From assembly GCF_009914755.1 (NCBI RefSeq), contig NC_060938.1: a DNA stretch of 64,000 nucleotides; one strand, given 5' to 3'. A program made the translations under genes and the position numbers. Shown piece by piece: positions 1-18,658 of the stretch; position 1 is the first letter of the stretch, and each line of letters begins with the position of its first letter. A model generated the notes under the pieces. That model was not told the origin of the DNA. It searched no databases and saw only the letters and a program-made list of their open reading frames with translations. Source of the stretch: the human T2T-CHM13v2.0 reference genome, Homo sapiens.

Positions 1-2
1 TC

Positions 3-434
<432 letters not shown>

Positions 435-789
435 GATTCCTGGGTATTTTATATTCTTTGTAGCTATCGTAAATGGGATTGCTTTTGGATTTCTTCTTCA
501 GATTGTTGGCTGTTGGTGTATATAAATGCTACTGATTTTTTAAATGTTAATTGTATCCTGCAACTTTACTGAATTTGGCAGTTCTAAGAGTTTTTTGGTG
601 GAATCTTTAGATTTTTCTAAGTCTAAGATAATGTTGTCTGTGAACGAGGCTAATTTGACACCTTCCTTTCCAACTTGGATGCCCTTTAATTGTTTCTCTT
701 GCCTAATTGCTCTGGCCAGGACTTCCAGTGTTATGTTGAATAAAAGTGGTGAAAGTGGGCATCCTTGTCTTATTACAGATCTTAGAGGA

Positions 790-1079
790 GGCTGGGTGTG
801 GTAGCTCACGCCTGTAATCCCAGCACTTTGGGAGGCCAAGGCAGGCAGATCACTTGAGGTCAGGACTTCGATACCAGCCTGGCCAACATGGTGAAACCCT
901 GTCTCTACTAAAAATAAAAGAAAAAAAATTAGCCAGGTGTGGTGGTGCATGCCTGTAATTCTAGCTACTCGGGAGGCTGAGGTGGGAGGATTGCTTGAAC
1001 TGGGAGGCAGATGTTGCAATGAGCCGAGATTGCACCACTGCACACTCCAGCCTGGGTGACTCTGTCTCAAAAAAAAAAA
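790..1079 (+). mobile_element. Alu
   Basis: GGCTGGG start, central A-tract, poly(A) tail. Confidence 0.93.
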
Positions 1080-1183
1080 GAGGCTTTCAATTTCCCCCTA
1101 CTCAGTAGCATGTTAACTGTGGGTTTGTCATACATGATCTTTATTATTCTGAAGTGTGTTTTCTCTATATCCAGTATGTTGAG

Positions 1184-1482
1184 TTTGTTTGTTTGTTTAT
1201 TTTTTGAGACAAGGTCTGTTTCTATTGCCCAGGCTGGAGTGTAGTGGGCTCACTGCAACCTCAGCCTCCCAGGTTCAAGTCATCCTCCCATCTCAGTCTC
1301 CTGAGTAGCTGGGATTACAGGTGCGTGTTCACCACCATGCCTGGCTAACTTTTTTTGTATTTTATGTAGATGGGGTTTCTCTGTGTTGCCCAAGCTGGTC
1401 TCGAACTCGTGAGCTCAAGCGATCTGCTGGCGTGGGCCTCCTAAAGTGCTAGGATTACAGGGGTGAGCCATCTTGCCTGGCC
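1184..1482 (-). mobile_element. Alu (J-type)
   Basis: Alu consensus; TSD tgttgag. Confidence 0.9.
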
Positions 1483-2141
1483 TGTTGAGGGTTTTTTTTT
1501 TTTTTTAGATCATAAAGGGATGTTGAATTTTATCAAATACTTTTTCAGCATCTATTGAAATGATCACATGGTTTTTGTTCTTGGTTCTGTTAATTGATGT
1601 ATCGCATTTATCAATTTGGGTACATTGAGCCATCCTTGTATCCTTGAGATGAACCCCGCTTGATCATGGGAAATGATTTTTTAAGTGTGTTGTTGAATTC
1701 AGTTTGCTAGTATTTCACTGAGGACTTTTGCATCTATGTTCACCAGTGGTATTGGCCTGTAGTTTTCCTTTTTAGTTATGTCCTTGTTTGATTTTGATAT
1801 CAGGGTAATACTAATCTCATAGAATGAGTTTGGAAGTATTCCCTTCTTGTCAATTGTTTTGAAGAGTTTTAGTAGAATTGGTAATAATTCTTTAAACATT
1901 TAGTAGAATTCAGCAGTGAAGCCATTGGATCTTGGGCTTTTCTTTGACAGGAAACTTTTTATTATGGCTTTCATCTCCAACTTGTTATTGGTTTGTCAAT
2001 ATTTTCTACTTCTTCATGGTTCAATCTTGGTAGATTCTAGATTCTATGTGTCCGAGAATTTATCCATTTCCTCTAGATTTGTCAATTTGTTGGTGTGTAT
2101 TAATAGTTGTTCATAATAGTCTCTAATGATTCTTTGTAGTC

Positions 2142-2443
2142 TTTTTTTTGTTGTTTTGTTTTGAGACAGAGTCTCTCTCTGTAGCCCACACTAGTGTGCA
2201 GCGGTGCAATTATGGCTCACGGCAGCCTCAACCTCCCTGGCTCAAGCCATCCTCTTGCCTGAGCCTCCTGAGTAGTTGGGACTATAGGTCCATGCCACCA
2301 CACATGGCTAATTTTTACATTTTTTGTAGTTATAGAGTCTTGCCATGTTGCCCAGGCTGGTCTCAAACTCCTGAGCTGTAGCAATCCTCCCACCTCAGCC
2401 TCCCAAAGTACTGGGATTATAGGCATGAGCCACTGCACCTGGC
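2142..2443 (-). mobile_element. Alu (J-type)
   Basis: Alu consensus; TSD attctttgtagtc. Confidence 0.9.
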
Positions 2444-2586
2444 TAATTCTTTGTAGTCCTAGGGTCTCAGTTGTTATGTATCCTTTTTTATTTCTGATTT
2501 TATTTGTTTGGGTCTTACTTCTTTTTTTCTTAGTCTAGCTAAAGGTTTGTTGATTTTATTTATTTTTTCAAAAAATCAACTTTTAA

Positions 2587-2950
<364 letters not shown>

Positions 2951-3057
2951 CACTCTGATCTTTACTATTTCTTTCCTTCTATTAATTTTGGGTTTGATTT
3001 GTTCCTGCTTTTCTAGTTCCTTGAAGTGTATCATTATGTTATTTATTTCAAGTCTTT

Positions 3058-3058
3058 A

Positions 3059-3092
<34 letters not shown>

Positions 3093-3367
3093 GAGACAGG
3101 GTCTTGCTCTGTCACCCAGGCTGGAGTGAAGTGGCATGGCCATAGCTCACTGCAGCCTCAGATTTCTGGACTCAAGAAATCCTCCTGTCTCAGCCTCCTA
3201 AGAACTATAGGTGCGCACCACCATACCCAACTAATTTTTTTAGTTTTTGTAGAGATGTGGTCTTGCTATGTTGCCCAGGCTGGTCTCAAACTCCTGGCCT
3301 CAAGTGATCCTCCTGCCTCAGCCTCTCGAAGTGCTGAGATTAGGGGTATGAGTCATCATCCCTGGCC
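3058..3367 (-). mobile_element. Alu (J-type) with (TA)n tail
   Basis: Alu consensus; TSD aagtcttt. Confidence 0.9.
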
Positions 3368-3754
3368 AAGTCTTTCTACTTTTTGATATTGGTGTTTTTT
3401 GCTATAAAATTCCCTCTTAGCACTGCATTTGCTGTGTCCCATAGATTTTGGTATATTGTATTTCCATTTGCATTTGTTTCAAGAATTTTTAAATGTCTTT
3501 CTTAATTTCTTCACTGACCATTGACTGTTTAGGAGCATGTTTAATTTCTTTGTGTTTGTGTATTTTCTGAGGTTCCTCTTGTTATTGATTTCTAGTTTTA
3601 TTCCATTGTGGTCAGAAAGGATATTTGATACGATTTCTACTGTTTTGAGTTTGTTAAGACTTGTTTTGTGACATAAGGTATGGTCTATCTTGGAGAATGT
3701 TTCATGTACTGGTCAAAATAATGTGTATTCTGCAGCAGTTGGGTAAAATGTTCT

Positions 3755-3887
3755 TTAAAAAATATTTTGTAGAGATAGGGTCTTGCTGTATTGCTCACGC
3801 TAGTCTTGAACTCCTGCGCTCAAGTGAACCTCCTGCTTCAGCTTCCCAAAGTGTTGGTATTACAGATGTGAGCCACTGCACCTGGCC
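3755..3887 (-). mobile_element. FLAM / Alu left monomer
   Basis: Single monomer; TSD aaaatgttctttaaa. Confidence 0.85.
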
Positions 3888-4111
3888 AAAATGTTCTTTA
3901 AATGTCAGTTAGGTCTATTTGATCTAGTGTATAGTTTAATTCTGATATTTCTTTGTTCATTTCCTGTCTGGATGATCTGTCCCTTACTGAGAATGAGATG
4001 TTGAAGTCCCCTACTATTTTTGTATTGAAGTCTATCTGTCCTTTCAGATCTATTAATGTTTGCTTTATATACCTGGGGGAGCTCCACTGGTGGGTGCATA
4101 GATATTTATCA

Positions 4112-4407
<296 letters not shown>

Positions 4408-4815
4408 ATATTTATAATTGTTATATTCTCTTGCTGAACTGACCCCTTTATCACTATATAGTGACCCTCTTTATCTTTTTAAACAGTCTTTGATTTGTAG
4501 TCTCTTTTATCTGATATGATTGTAGCTACTCCTGCCCTTTTTTGGTTTCCAGTTGCATGGAATATTCTTTTCCACACTTTCACTTTCAGTCTATGGCTTT
4601 ATTGGTGAAGTGGGTTTCTTGTGGAAGCATATAGTTGGATCTTTTTCTTTATCCATTCAGCCACTGTATGCCTTTTAATTGGATAACTGAGTCCATTTAC
4701 ATTCAGCTTTATTATTAAGTAAGGACTTACCACTACCATTTTGTTGCTTGCTTTCTGTTTGTTTTATAACTCCTCTCTTCTTGCTTTCTTACTGTCTTCC
4801 GTTGTGGTTAAGTGA

Positions 4816-5128
<313 letters not shown>

Positions 5129-5314
5129 AGTATGTTTTAATTCATTGCTTTTTCTCTTTAGTGAATCTATTACAGGTTTTTGTATTGTGGTTAATGTGAG
5201 GCTTACAAAAAACATCTTATGGATATAACAAGTTATTTTAAAAGGATGCTAACTTATCTTAGATCACAAAGAAAAGAATACAAACAGACACACACACAAA
5301 ACTCTACACTTTAA

Positions 5315-5698
<384 letters not shown>

Positions 5699-6460
5699 TA
5701 TAATGCCTGTCTCTTAACAGGGTGCTGTAGGTATCATTGTTTTTGATAGACTTGTCTTTCGGGCTTCATATTAGAGTTATGAGTGGGTAGCACACCACAT
5801 TTACAGTATTAGTGTTTTGGGTTTGTCTATGTACTTAATTTTCCCAATGGGTTTTATACCTTAACAAATTTTCTTCACATTAGTGTTTCTTCTTTCAAAT
5901 GAAGAACTCCCTTTAGCATTTCTTGTAAGGTAGGTCTGGTCCCTTAAAAGAAATGAGAAGAAAAAGTTAAGAGGTGAATTCTCTCACCCTTTCACCCTTT
6001 TTTTTTTGGGAAAGGCTATATCTCTTTCATATTTGAAGGGTAGCTTTGCTGGATACAGTACTCTTGGATGGGAGGTTTTTTTCTTTTGGCACTTTAAAAA
6101 TGTTGTTCCACTCCCTTCTGGCCTATATGGTTTCTGTTTTGGAAGTCTGTTGCCAGATGAATTGGAGTTCCTTTATATGTTATTTACTTCTTTTCTCTTG
6201 CTGCTTTTAGGATCCTCTCTTTGCCCTCGTTCTTTCAGAGTTTTATTCTTATATGCCTTGGAGTAGTTCTGTTTGAGTTGAATCTCTTTAGTGTTCTCTG
6301 ACTTTTTTGTACCTCAGTATTTATCTCTTTCCCAAGTTTTGGAAAGTTTTCTGTCATTATTTTTTTGAATAAGCTTTCTACCCCTTGTTCTTACTCAACT
6401 CCCTCTTGAACACCAATAATTTTTAGATTTGGTTGGTCTTTTGAGGTAATTTTCTATATC

Positions 6461-6750
6461 TTTTTTTTTTTTGGAACAGGCTCTCACTTTGTCACACAAG
6501 CTGGAGTGCAGTGGCACTTGGCTCACTGCAGCCTTGACCTTCTGGGCTCAAGTGATCCTCCCACCTCAGCCTCCCAAGTAGGTGGGACTACTGTACAGGC
6601 CATCATGCCCACCTAATTTTTAAAATTTTTTGTAGAGATGGGGATTTCACCATGTTGCCTAAGCTGGCCTTGAACTCCTGAGCTCAAGCAATGTACCTCC
6701 CTGGGCCTCCCAAAGTGCTGGGATTACAGGCATGAGCCACTGTGCCTGGA
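6461..6750 (-). mobile_element. Alu (J-type)
   Basis: Alu consensus. Confidence 0.9.
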
Positions 6751-7399
6751 CAATTTTCTGTATCTTATAGGTGATCTTTGTTCCTTTTCACTCTTTTTTC
6801 TTTTTGTAGTTTCCTCCCTTTGCCTTTGTGTGATTCCTTCTTCTAGACAAGGCTACCATGAACTCGGTTCCTGCTGTTTATACTCGAACAGCCCTTGACC
6901 AGCATTTGCCCTTGTATAAATGTAAGGGTGTTCACACCATGAGGTTAACCCTTAGCCTTACACTTCCCTAATGAAATCTCTGCATAAGCACATCAACCTT
7001 TCCAATCGGTTCTTTGACTACATAGCTTTCCAACAACCCTGGAATAGGTGGTGGTAAAGGCTCATCATTACATGGAACATGGAGAAGTTGAGGTTGATTT
7101 CACTCTTCAGTGAGGACTGAGCAGCCAGTATGTGCCCTGTTCCCTTGTGTGGGAGATATAAAGGAGGCGTCACACCTGGCAGGTCATGCTTCACACATCT
7201 GGTAGCTCTGGAGTGGGGGCCTGAACCAGGGCACCTCCCAGAAGTTCTCAGCTCTCCCTCTCTCACTGCATGGGAGGGAGATGTGCCTCATGTCTTTTTG
7301 TCAATGCTATGGGTACTTGACAGATGACACTGACCAGATAACTCAGGAAGAGGGCACCACTAGGCTGTGGATTCTTTTTGGTTTGCAGATTAGGTGGGA

Positions 7400-7600
7400 G
7401 ATAATGGTGATAATAACTGGCATTCACTGAAGACTTACTATGAACCAAGCCTTGTGCTAAGTTCTGTACTTGCAGTATCTCATTTAATTCTCAAAATAAC
7501 CTATGAGGTAAGCACTATTTATATTTGAGCCCATTTTACATGTAAACCCATTTTACAGATGAGAACACTGTGGGTTACAGAGGTTGGTAACTATGTCTAC
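7400..7600 (-). mobile_element. MIR
   Basis: cccattttacagatgag core; tcatttaattctca. Confidence 0.7.
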
Positions 7601-7604
7601 GGTA

Positions 7605-7787
7605 AATGGCTCTCAAACTTTAGCGTACAATGAAATTAGTGGCACAGCTTGTTAAAACAGTGTGTGGGACCTCACCCCCAGAGTGTGATTCCATAGTCTG
7701 GGGTGGGGATCAAGAATTTTCCTTTCCAGCAAGTTCCCAGGTTAGGCTGATGCTACTGGACCAAAGGCCACATTTTGAGGAATACTA
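7605..7787. mobile_element. MER5A-like hAT MITE
   Basis: ctctcaaacttt ... ggtctggggtgggg ... cacattttgag layout. Confidence 0.7.
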
Positions 7788-8042
7788 CCCTTGGCCATAC
7801 AGCTGCGAAGTGTAGGGTCCTGTTCGTTTTCCCCCTAAAATCTATGTTTTTTAAACCACTGCACATGTTGCCTCATTACAAACTTTTCTTTGTAGATTCC
7901 CCCCAACCCTGTCCTTGGTGGGAGATGAACTGGGTGAAGCATGCAGCCAGCCTCCCTCTCTTCACTCTAATCATACCTGTAGCTTTCTCTCCTCCTGGGA
8001 AGACTTGCCCCAGCCACCCAGCTCTTTTTCTGTATGGCTGTG

Positions 8043-8369
8043 TGCTATGGTCTGAATGTGTCCACCTCAGATTCATATGTTAAAACCTCATCTCCAATCT
8101 CCTGGTGGTATTAGGAGGAGGGGCTTGGGAGGTGATTAGGGATAAGAATGTAGCCATCCCAGAGAGCTGCCTTGCCTCTTCTACCATGGGAAGACATAAT
8201 GAGAAGGTGCCATCTGTGAACCAGGAAGTGTGCTCTCACCAGACACAGAGTCTGCTGGCAACTTGATCTTGGACTTCCAGCCTCCAGAACTGTAAGAAAC
8301 AAATTTCTGTTGTTTGTAGGCCACCCAATCTGTGATACTTGGTTATAGCAGACTGGACAGACTAAGACA
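8043..8369 (+). mobile_element. MaLR solo LTR (MLT1A/MST-type)
   Basis: tgctatggtctgaatgtgtcc ... gactaagaca. Confidence 0.8.
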
Positions 8370-10407
8370 CTCTGTTACCCTGTCAGGAATATCTTCCTAA
8401 TGACACCATTCTACCATCTCCTCTGTCCTTGATTCTCAGGGGGCATCCTGCTCCTACCCAGTGGATGGAAGGAGCCTACAGGAGTAATTTGATAGTTTGG
8501 CTTCAAGGCCATGTGGCTGCTGGTCTTGAGATGATCCTGGGGCTCTTTTGTGCCACTGAATCTGACCTTGTGGTTTCATGCTCCAGATCACATAATGACT
8601 GAGGCTCTTGCTTGTGGGTCCCTGACATCAACAGCCAGACCTCTTTTGTACTGACCTCCTGCTCACTGGTATTGACAGGTCTCTTCCTGCTTGACCAGCA
8701 CTCTGCTTATGCTGGCACAGGAGCTGCCCTGAATACGTTCAGAGTGACTGTGGGCATTCTTTCCTCTGGGGTGCATGTCTAAGGTCATACTCGCATTCTT
8801 GGAGGTGGGCTTCCCTTCACCTTCAACCACTACTGTGTCTCCTTGATGATAAGCTACAGGAAAAGAAGAGTAGGGTAACTTTAACTGCACTAATATTTAG
8901 TGGTGATCCCGGCACCCCTCCCCTGACAGAGCAAAGTCTCGGGGCTGAACTGAAGAGGTAGTGTGACCCTGTTTTATAGCAGAAAGAACATGCAGGCATT
9001 ACATGAATACTGAGACCCAGACACCACATGCAGCAGCTCAGGTGCCTAGTGAGGCTCCCACTGCAAAAGGCGACTGTTTCATCTTCAATAAAGCAAACAT
9101 TAGATAAAGCACATTAGAAGGCCAAGTGACTCATTTCTATTTCTGGCCTTCAGACATCAGTGACCATGGTGACCTCAGGCTGTGGACAGGAAGGATGGTT
9201 GAGGGGTTGGCAGTGGTAGGATGGGCCCCAAACCCTCTGCAGGAGACCCTGAACAACTTTGGAAAGACTTCTGACCATTTTTGCCTTGAATGATGACGCA
9301 CCAGGGCCCTCTGGTCCTTGCCCTCGTTCACATCTGACTCCTGTGCTCTCGTCTCCGTGAGCTTACCTGTGAGTACCCCTCTTTCCCACCACATTCTCAC
9401 CAGTTTCTGGATCACTCTCCCAGCAGAACTAGTGGCTCTCCCCTTTGGAATCCCACAGGACTTGGTTCCTCTGCATCTCAGGAGTTTCTTACATTGTCTC
9501 ATCTGTGGTTGTTCTGCCCGCACCCGACCCCTAGGCCCTAGAGGGCAGGGACCCATTCCCAGTGCTATGCAAAAGCCTGACAGTGATGACTAAAAAGCTA
9601 CAGGCTGTCACGTAACACTGGGGGCTGCTAGCCCCACCTGAGACCCCACTGGGTTGCCAGAGCCTAGGTATTCGATCCCTGGTTTTCTAGATTTGTCCTG
9701 AAATTCAAAGCTCAAGCTACTGTAGCCAAATGGCCACAGTGGGCAGGGAGGAGGCCGGCAGGGGAGGGTAGGTGGGGTGCAGGAGCTCTGCAGAACTGTG
9801 CTGGGACCAGAGGACTGTTCCTGACTTGAGCCAGGCTCTGGAAAGCGGAATTTGGTCAGAAGGGAAGGGAGGTATTGGTGGGAGGGGTGCCCAAAGGACC
9901 AGCAGTTAGAGGAAAGAGGCCCATCTGGAAGCCCAACTGGGCTGGAACCACCCACCCTTTGGAATGCATTTATGCTAATTAGATACCATGTCTTAAAGTA
10001 GATTTAGAGGTTCATAATGTTTTTATTAAAAGAAAAGAAAAAAAAAGAAACCATGTCAAATAGGTTTGGGATCTGATGGGCTTTAGGGTGGGAAAATCAG
10101 AAGGCCTGGGGTACCTGATGGAGAGGAAGCAAAGGTGAAATTTGTGGTTTCTTAGGTCAGTAACCTATCTTCTCTAGACTGCAGTTGCCTCTCTAGACAC
10201 AGCTTTGGTGTTAGGTCTGAGTTTATCCACCAGTTCTTCACAGGCCACTGGGGCCCCTAATGAGGCTCCTGGGGGGCTCTTTCTGGGACATCTGAGCAGG
10301 CTCTGGAGTCAGGAGGACCCTGCCAGGTTGTAGCTTGTGTGTCTTTGGGAATGTTGTGCAACCTCACTGAAACTCAGTTTTTCTTACCGTTAAAAAGGGT
10401 GTCATGT

Positions 10408-11560
<1,153 letters not shown>

Positions 11561-12949
11561 ATACCTCACAGGTTGTTAAGATAATTATGTGGGAAAGTAC
11601 CTGAGGATGTGCACCACCAGGACTGGTCTAGGAGTTCTTGGACCTGGCCTCCCTTCATTCCTTTCCTCTAGCTCCAGGGAGTTGGTGGTTATGGAGCTAC
11701 TATGTGGCTCTCTGGCAAAGTTTCTGGGCTCAGAGCCTCAATCCCCAAGCACTGTGGCCTCTCAGAGCCTTTGGCTTGGTGCTTCCAGTCCCCAGTACTC
11801 TCCCTGGGGCTCTGGGGTAGGAGGCTGAATGCCAGGCCAGAGACCCCTTTGAGTCCTCATGGCTGGCATCTCCAGGCTGGGGAAGATGGAGAGGGTGCTT
11901 GTTTCCCGATCTTTGCAGAGTGGAAACTGGCTCAAGTCCCACACCCTGACTCAGCCACCCAATGTCTTCTGCTTCAAGGTTTCATTCTTTCTGGATGCCA
12001 TTACCTGTCAGGAAAGGGGACAGGGATTGGCTATAGGTACTTCAAGCTTAAGCCTTGCATTGATTCACATAGGGCCTTAGCTTGCCAGAAAAAAAGGGCC
12101 CTGCTTAGAGGTGAATGTACAGGTGTTGAAGATGACATATCGACTCCCTGCACAATTCTGCCAACCCTAGCCCTGATTGTCTTCACTTGTCTACACACAG
12201 AGGCTAGGTTGTCAGTCCTGACCCAACTGAAACCAGTGATTCTTGACAGTAGAGAAGATCTTTTCTCTGGCAGGGCATATATTCCAATAGAGCTTCATAA
12301 ATAGGAAAATCCACCAAGAGTACAATTATAAGAGGTGGAGAAAAGCCCACAGTTAGAGGATAAACTTGAAGGGGCCAACAAGAGAGATTTGTGCCAACAG
12401 CAGACATAGCTGTCTAGATACAATTAACAAAGGATTTGAGCTCCAAGCACTTATCAGAGACTCTCCCATGGCACTGCTCATTAAGTTTTATACATGGTAG
12501 TTGCTGACCGAATGACAGCACAAAAGACACAGACGGAAGGAAAAACACTGGGAGGAAGTGCTTGTGGAGGGAGACAGGCCTGTGTACAGCCTAGACTGTG
12601 GGACAGGTGGGAAGCATTGCAAACAGAAGGCATGGCAGGAAGCCCACTTATGCTGAACACGCACAAAGTCAGTGTCCCAGTCTTTGCGTGTCCCATGGCT
12701 ATACCAACACATCCCAGGGTTGTCTGGCTTTTGAGTTTTCCCCGTGGCATGACACTCCTAATTCATGTTTAGGTTGTGGCCAACTCTGACTCACAGCTTT
12801 TCTTCTATTATTCTTGTACTCAGCCACTTGAGCACCAACCTACACTTGTGGGATATGACTTTCTAGCTCTATTTTTAGAAGAGTAACATCATTCTGAGAA
12901 TGGAGGGGTCATCTTGCAGTTTCTTCTCCCCATAGTTGTCATGGTCAAT

Positions 12950-13480
12950 CTTTTACATGAAAATTAGATGTGTCACTTCTGTGTTCAAACCCACTGCTCA
13001 GAGTAACAGCTAAGTCCTCATCGTGACTCAAAGCCTAACCCTCTCTGAGTTAGTTCCTATCCCTCTCTTTCAGCCTATTTACTCCAGGTACACTAAGCCT
13101 CCTTGCTGTCCCTCGAACTATGCCAAACACTCTCCTACCTCCTGCTTCTGCCTTGGTTTTTCCCACTGCCTGGAACATTCTTCACTCTCACTTATTTAAG
13201 CCTCTGCTCACTTGTCAACTCTTCAGAGAGGCCATCCTGATATGGGCCAGAGAAAAAAATCACTCACATCCTGCACTCCCTGTCCCCCTCACCTTGTTGT
13301 ATTTTTCTTCAGAGCGCTTCTCAGCACCTGCCATTTTTATGTCTACTTGTTTATTACCTGTCTCTCCCACAAGAATATAAGCACCTTGAAGGCATTTTTT
13401 TAACTCACTGCTGTATCAATACCACCTAGAGTAGTGCCTAGCACACAGGTGGTGGTGAATAAATATTTGCTGGATTAATT
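12950..13480 (+). mobile_element. L2 3' fragment
   Basis: agtgcctagcacacag...aataaatatttgctggattaat L2 terminus. Confidence 0.65.
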
Positions 13481-14421
13481 AATGTCATGAAGACGTTTAA
13501 AACACCCACAATCCTCTGTGCTCACAAGACAGCTCTTGGAGGGGCATCCCTGGTAATTCACCTGTGCTTGCTTACCCACAAGAATATCTGCAGGAGCAGG
13601 GAACTTCAGCCAGTGCCCAGGTGTGTTCTGTAATCAGAGGCAGGGCCAGGAAAGTGCAGTGTAGGGAGGGAGAGAGTCAGGAGGGAAGGCGGCTACCCCC
13701 GGGTTCCATGTGTTTGCCAACTGGGAGGATTGACAGTCCTGACACGGGCAGAGCCATCTCCATGCTTCTCTCCTGCATCACAAGGGACTGCCTCAGACCC
13801 TGCCTCTCACAAACTCTCACAAGAGGAGGCTGTGTCTTGTCTGCCTCCAGCTCCCGGGCCCCTGCCACCCCCTGAGGATGACTTCTGGAAGTTCCTCAGC
13901 TCATCACCCTCTTCGCAGGCATCCTCTTCACCTCTCAGCAGTGGCAACTGCTGCTCCCCAGGACCTTCTTCCTGAGCTTCTTTTCCCTTCAGTGTGGGGA
14001 CACTCCTAATTTGCCTCTTCAGTCTTTGACTTCTCCCTTTTGGCTTCCTTTTCTTCTTCCCCTCCCTAAAATGGAAGGATTTCTGTGTCAGTCAGAGTCC
14101 AAGCAGGAAAACGATTCCATGCAAGGCATTTCTTACAGAAGGGATGTATTCAGGGAATTGACTACTCCAGTGTTGGAGGGTTGGAAGGGCAAATGGAGAT
14201 GCTGCAGTGACCAGATATGGTAACTACAGGAGTTCCTTCTCAGGGCTGGAGGGACAGAAGAGAAGAAGTGGGGCCACCAGAGCCTCCAGGCTCAGCCTTG
14301 CCTGGCCCATGTTCAGACCACAGAATGAGGATGCATTGTGATGGGGTTGAGCCTCTGGGGCGCTGGTATCTCCAGGAGGTGCAGTTCACCTGCTGCCAGG
14401 AGTGTCTGAAGAATTGGGAGC

Positions 14422-15098
<677 letters not shown>

Positions 15099-15924
15099 GT
15101 CCTCCTGGAGGGACATTGACAGGAGCTGGAAACAGGAGGAAAACCCTTCTCTCACCCTATGTCCTTCAGCCACGTCTCAGTGCCTCTTAGTAGCAGAATT
15201 GAATAGGAAGCCAGCTGGCAAGAGAGAGTCTGGGAAAGGCTGTTGGCAGTCCCTTGGCCCTCACACCACAGGGGAGGGTGGCATGGGCCCAAGAGGCAAC
15301 AGGCAAACAGCACAACTTACAAGTATCTTATACTGGCCTTTTCCTCTTCTGTCTCTGCCCTCCCTCCCTTAGTAATCCTATCCACAGTCATGGCTTCTAT
15401 CACATCTCTGTAGACAATGCACACATCCATGGCTCCATGCTTGAATTCTGTTATCAGTCTTGCATTTCTAACTGCCTTCTTGACAACTCCATTTAGAAGG
15501 CTTCCCTTCATCTCAAAGTCACCATGTCAATAGGTAGAATTCATATTTTCTATCAAGCTTGTTTCTTCTCCTCTGTTACCTATTTTTGTTGGCAATGCCA
15601 CCATTGTCCCTGGCTTCATGTTTGGATCCTCTCTGTCTCTTTTCTCTCGTGTCAAAGCATTTAGAAAGACCAGATCTTTCTCTGTAAGACTTCGCAACTA
15701 TTCTCTACTTTCCCTTCCCAGCACCATCACCTGGGGTTGTGCCACCATTACCTCTTGCCTGGATTATAGATATGACCTCATAATGGGTATTACCCTACAC
15801 AAGTTTCATTCCAATTCCTCTCACACATAGTTGCCAGATTAATCTTCTGAATCATCAGATTCAAAGTCCTTTTGGTTTCCCTTTGTTTATGCATTGGCCA
15901 GAAATTCAAAATTTTATACAGTTC

Positions 15925-16553
15925 TGTATTAGTTCATTTTCACGCTGCTGATAAAACATACCCAAGACTGGGTGATTTATAAAGAAAAAGAGGTTTAATG
16001 GACTCACAGTTCCATATGGCTGGGGAGGCCTCACAGTCATGGCAGAAGACCAAGGAAGAGCAAAGGGACTTCTTACATGGTGGCAGGCAAGATAGAGAGC
16101 CATGCAAAAGGGGAAGCCCCTTATAAAAACATCAGATCTCGTGAGACTTATTCACTATCATGAGAACAGTATGGGGACATAGCCAAACCATATCATTCTA
16201 CTCCTGCGGTTTTGCAAGGTACAAAGTCCCTCCCGGCTGCTTTTATGGGCTGGTGTTGAGTGTCTGCGGCTTTTCCAGGTGCATGGTGCAAGCTGTTGGT
16301 GGATCTACCATTCTAGGGTCTGGAGGATGGTGCTCCACTAGGCAGTGCCCCAGTGGGGACTTTGTGTGGGGGCTTCAACCCTACATTTCCAGGCCCCAAC
16401 TGCTGTGTATGGAAATGCCTGGATGTCCAGGCAGAAGTTTGCTGCAGGGGCAGGGCCCTCATGGAGAGCCTCTGCTAGGGCAGTGCAGAAGGGAGATGTG
16501 GGGAGGTACAATTCAAGATGAGTTTTGGGTGGGGACGCAGCCAAACCATATCA
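15925..16553 (-). mobile_element. THE1 (MaLR) mini-provirus with several deletions and an internal inversion
   Basis: tgtattagt start; gccaaaccatatca twice (ending ~16195 and 16553); THE1-int sequence between; TSD agttc/agtcc. Confidence 0.88.
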
Positions 16554-16748
16554 AGTCCCAGTGACTACAGTTTGGTTTTCCAAATTTGTTTCCTATTTCT
16601 TTCTTTCCTGTCCTCTTCCTTTCCAATACTTTCATATAGCCTCTTGTTCCTTCAGGTTCTGTGCACTTTATTTATACTCTCCCCTCTGCCAGAAATGTTT
16701 TTGGTACTTTTTAGGATTAGGTTAAGTTATGAGTGAGAGAAAACCCAG

Positions 16749-17409
<661 letters not shown>

Positions 17410-18301
17410 CTTGTAACAGTGGCTTAAACAAGACTGTAGCGGGCCTCATATCGTGCCTTCATGATCAGACTGCCTCAACATTGTAGTCCACATCCTCAAC
17501 ATGTGCCTTCTGAGGCCAAAGATAGCTGCTTTGTCTCCAGTCATCAGAGTCATGTTCTAGACAGCAGGAGGGAGACAAAGAAAGGAGGTGGGCATGCTCC
17601 TTCCACTTGAGAACACCTCATGGAAGTTTCATCCCTGACTTCTCTATAACCTTTTATGCAGAACATGGTCAGGTAGCCGTGCCTGGCTGCAAGGGCAGCT
17701 GGGAAATATAGCCTTTATTCTCAGTGGTCAATTGCACAGCTAACATTTTGGAATATGATTACTGTGGAAGAAGAGGAAACAGACATTAGGAGACAACTTG
17801 TAGTTTCAGTTACATGCTCCTTCTCATCTCTGCCTGTCCAGAGTCTTCCAAACCCAGTGCAAATGCCACTTTCACCTCAAATCCTTCCTTGAGCTACTAG
17901 TTAAAAGTTATCACTCCCTCATGGCACTTTGTGTGCCCTTTCCTTGTGACACCGCAGTTTTTCTACCTGGCTTGTAGTTACTTAAATATGCCTTCCCCAC
18001 AGGACTGTAGACATCTTTAGAGTAGAGGGCAAGCTTCAGTGAATTTCTGAGTTGAAAATTGAAATACTACAATCCCATACTCTGGAGAGTGTGGTTTTGG
18101 AGCCCGACCAATCTGGTTCAAAGGCAAGCTTTATCTTTAAACCAGTTATACAACATTCATTTGCTTATTCTACAAATATTTATTGGTGCTTCCCCTCTGT
18201 CGGGCACTATTACAGGTGCTGGAAACTTGGTGGAGAACAATACAAATAAGCACCCCACTCCCATGAAGGTCATAAAGGATGAGGGTTAAGAGCACAGATT
18301 C

Positions 18302-18658
<357 letters not shown>

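Noticed and set aside
540-1070. 176-aa ORF and the many similar Alu-derived ORFs in the track
   Set aside because: Antisense Alu translation fused to L1 ORF2 remnants; not genes
11702-12304. 200-aa ORF
   Set aside because: Non-ATG start, no recognisable domain or exon structure; compatible with chance
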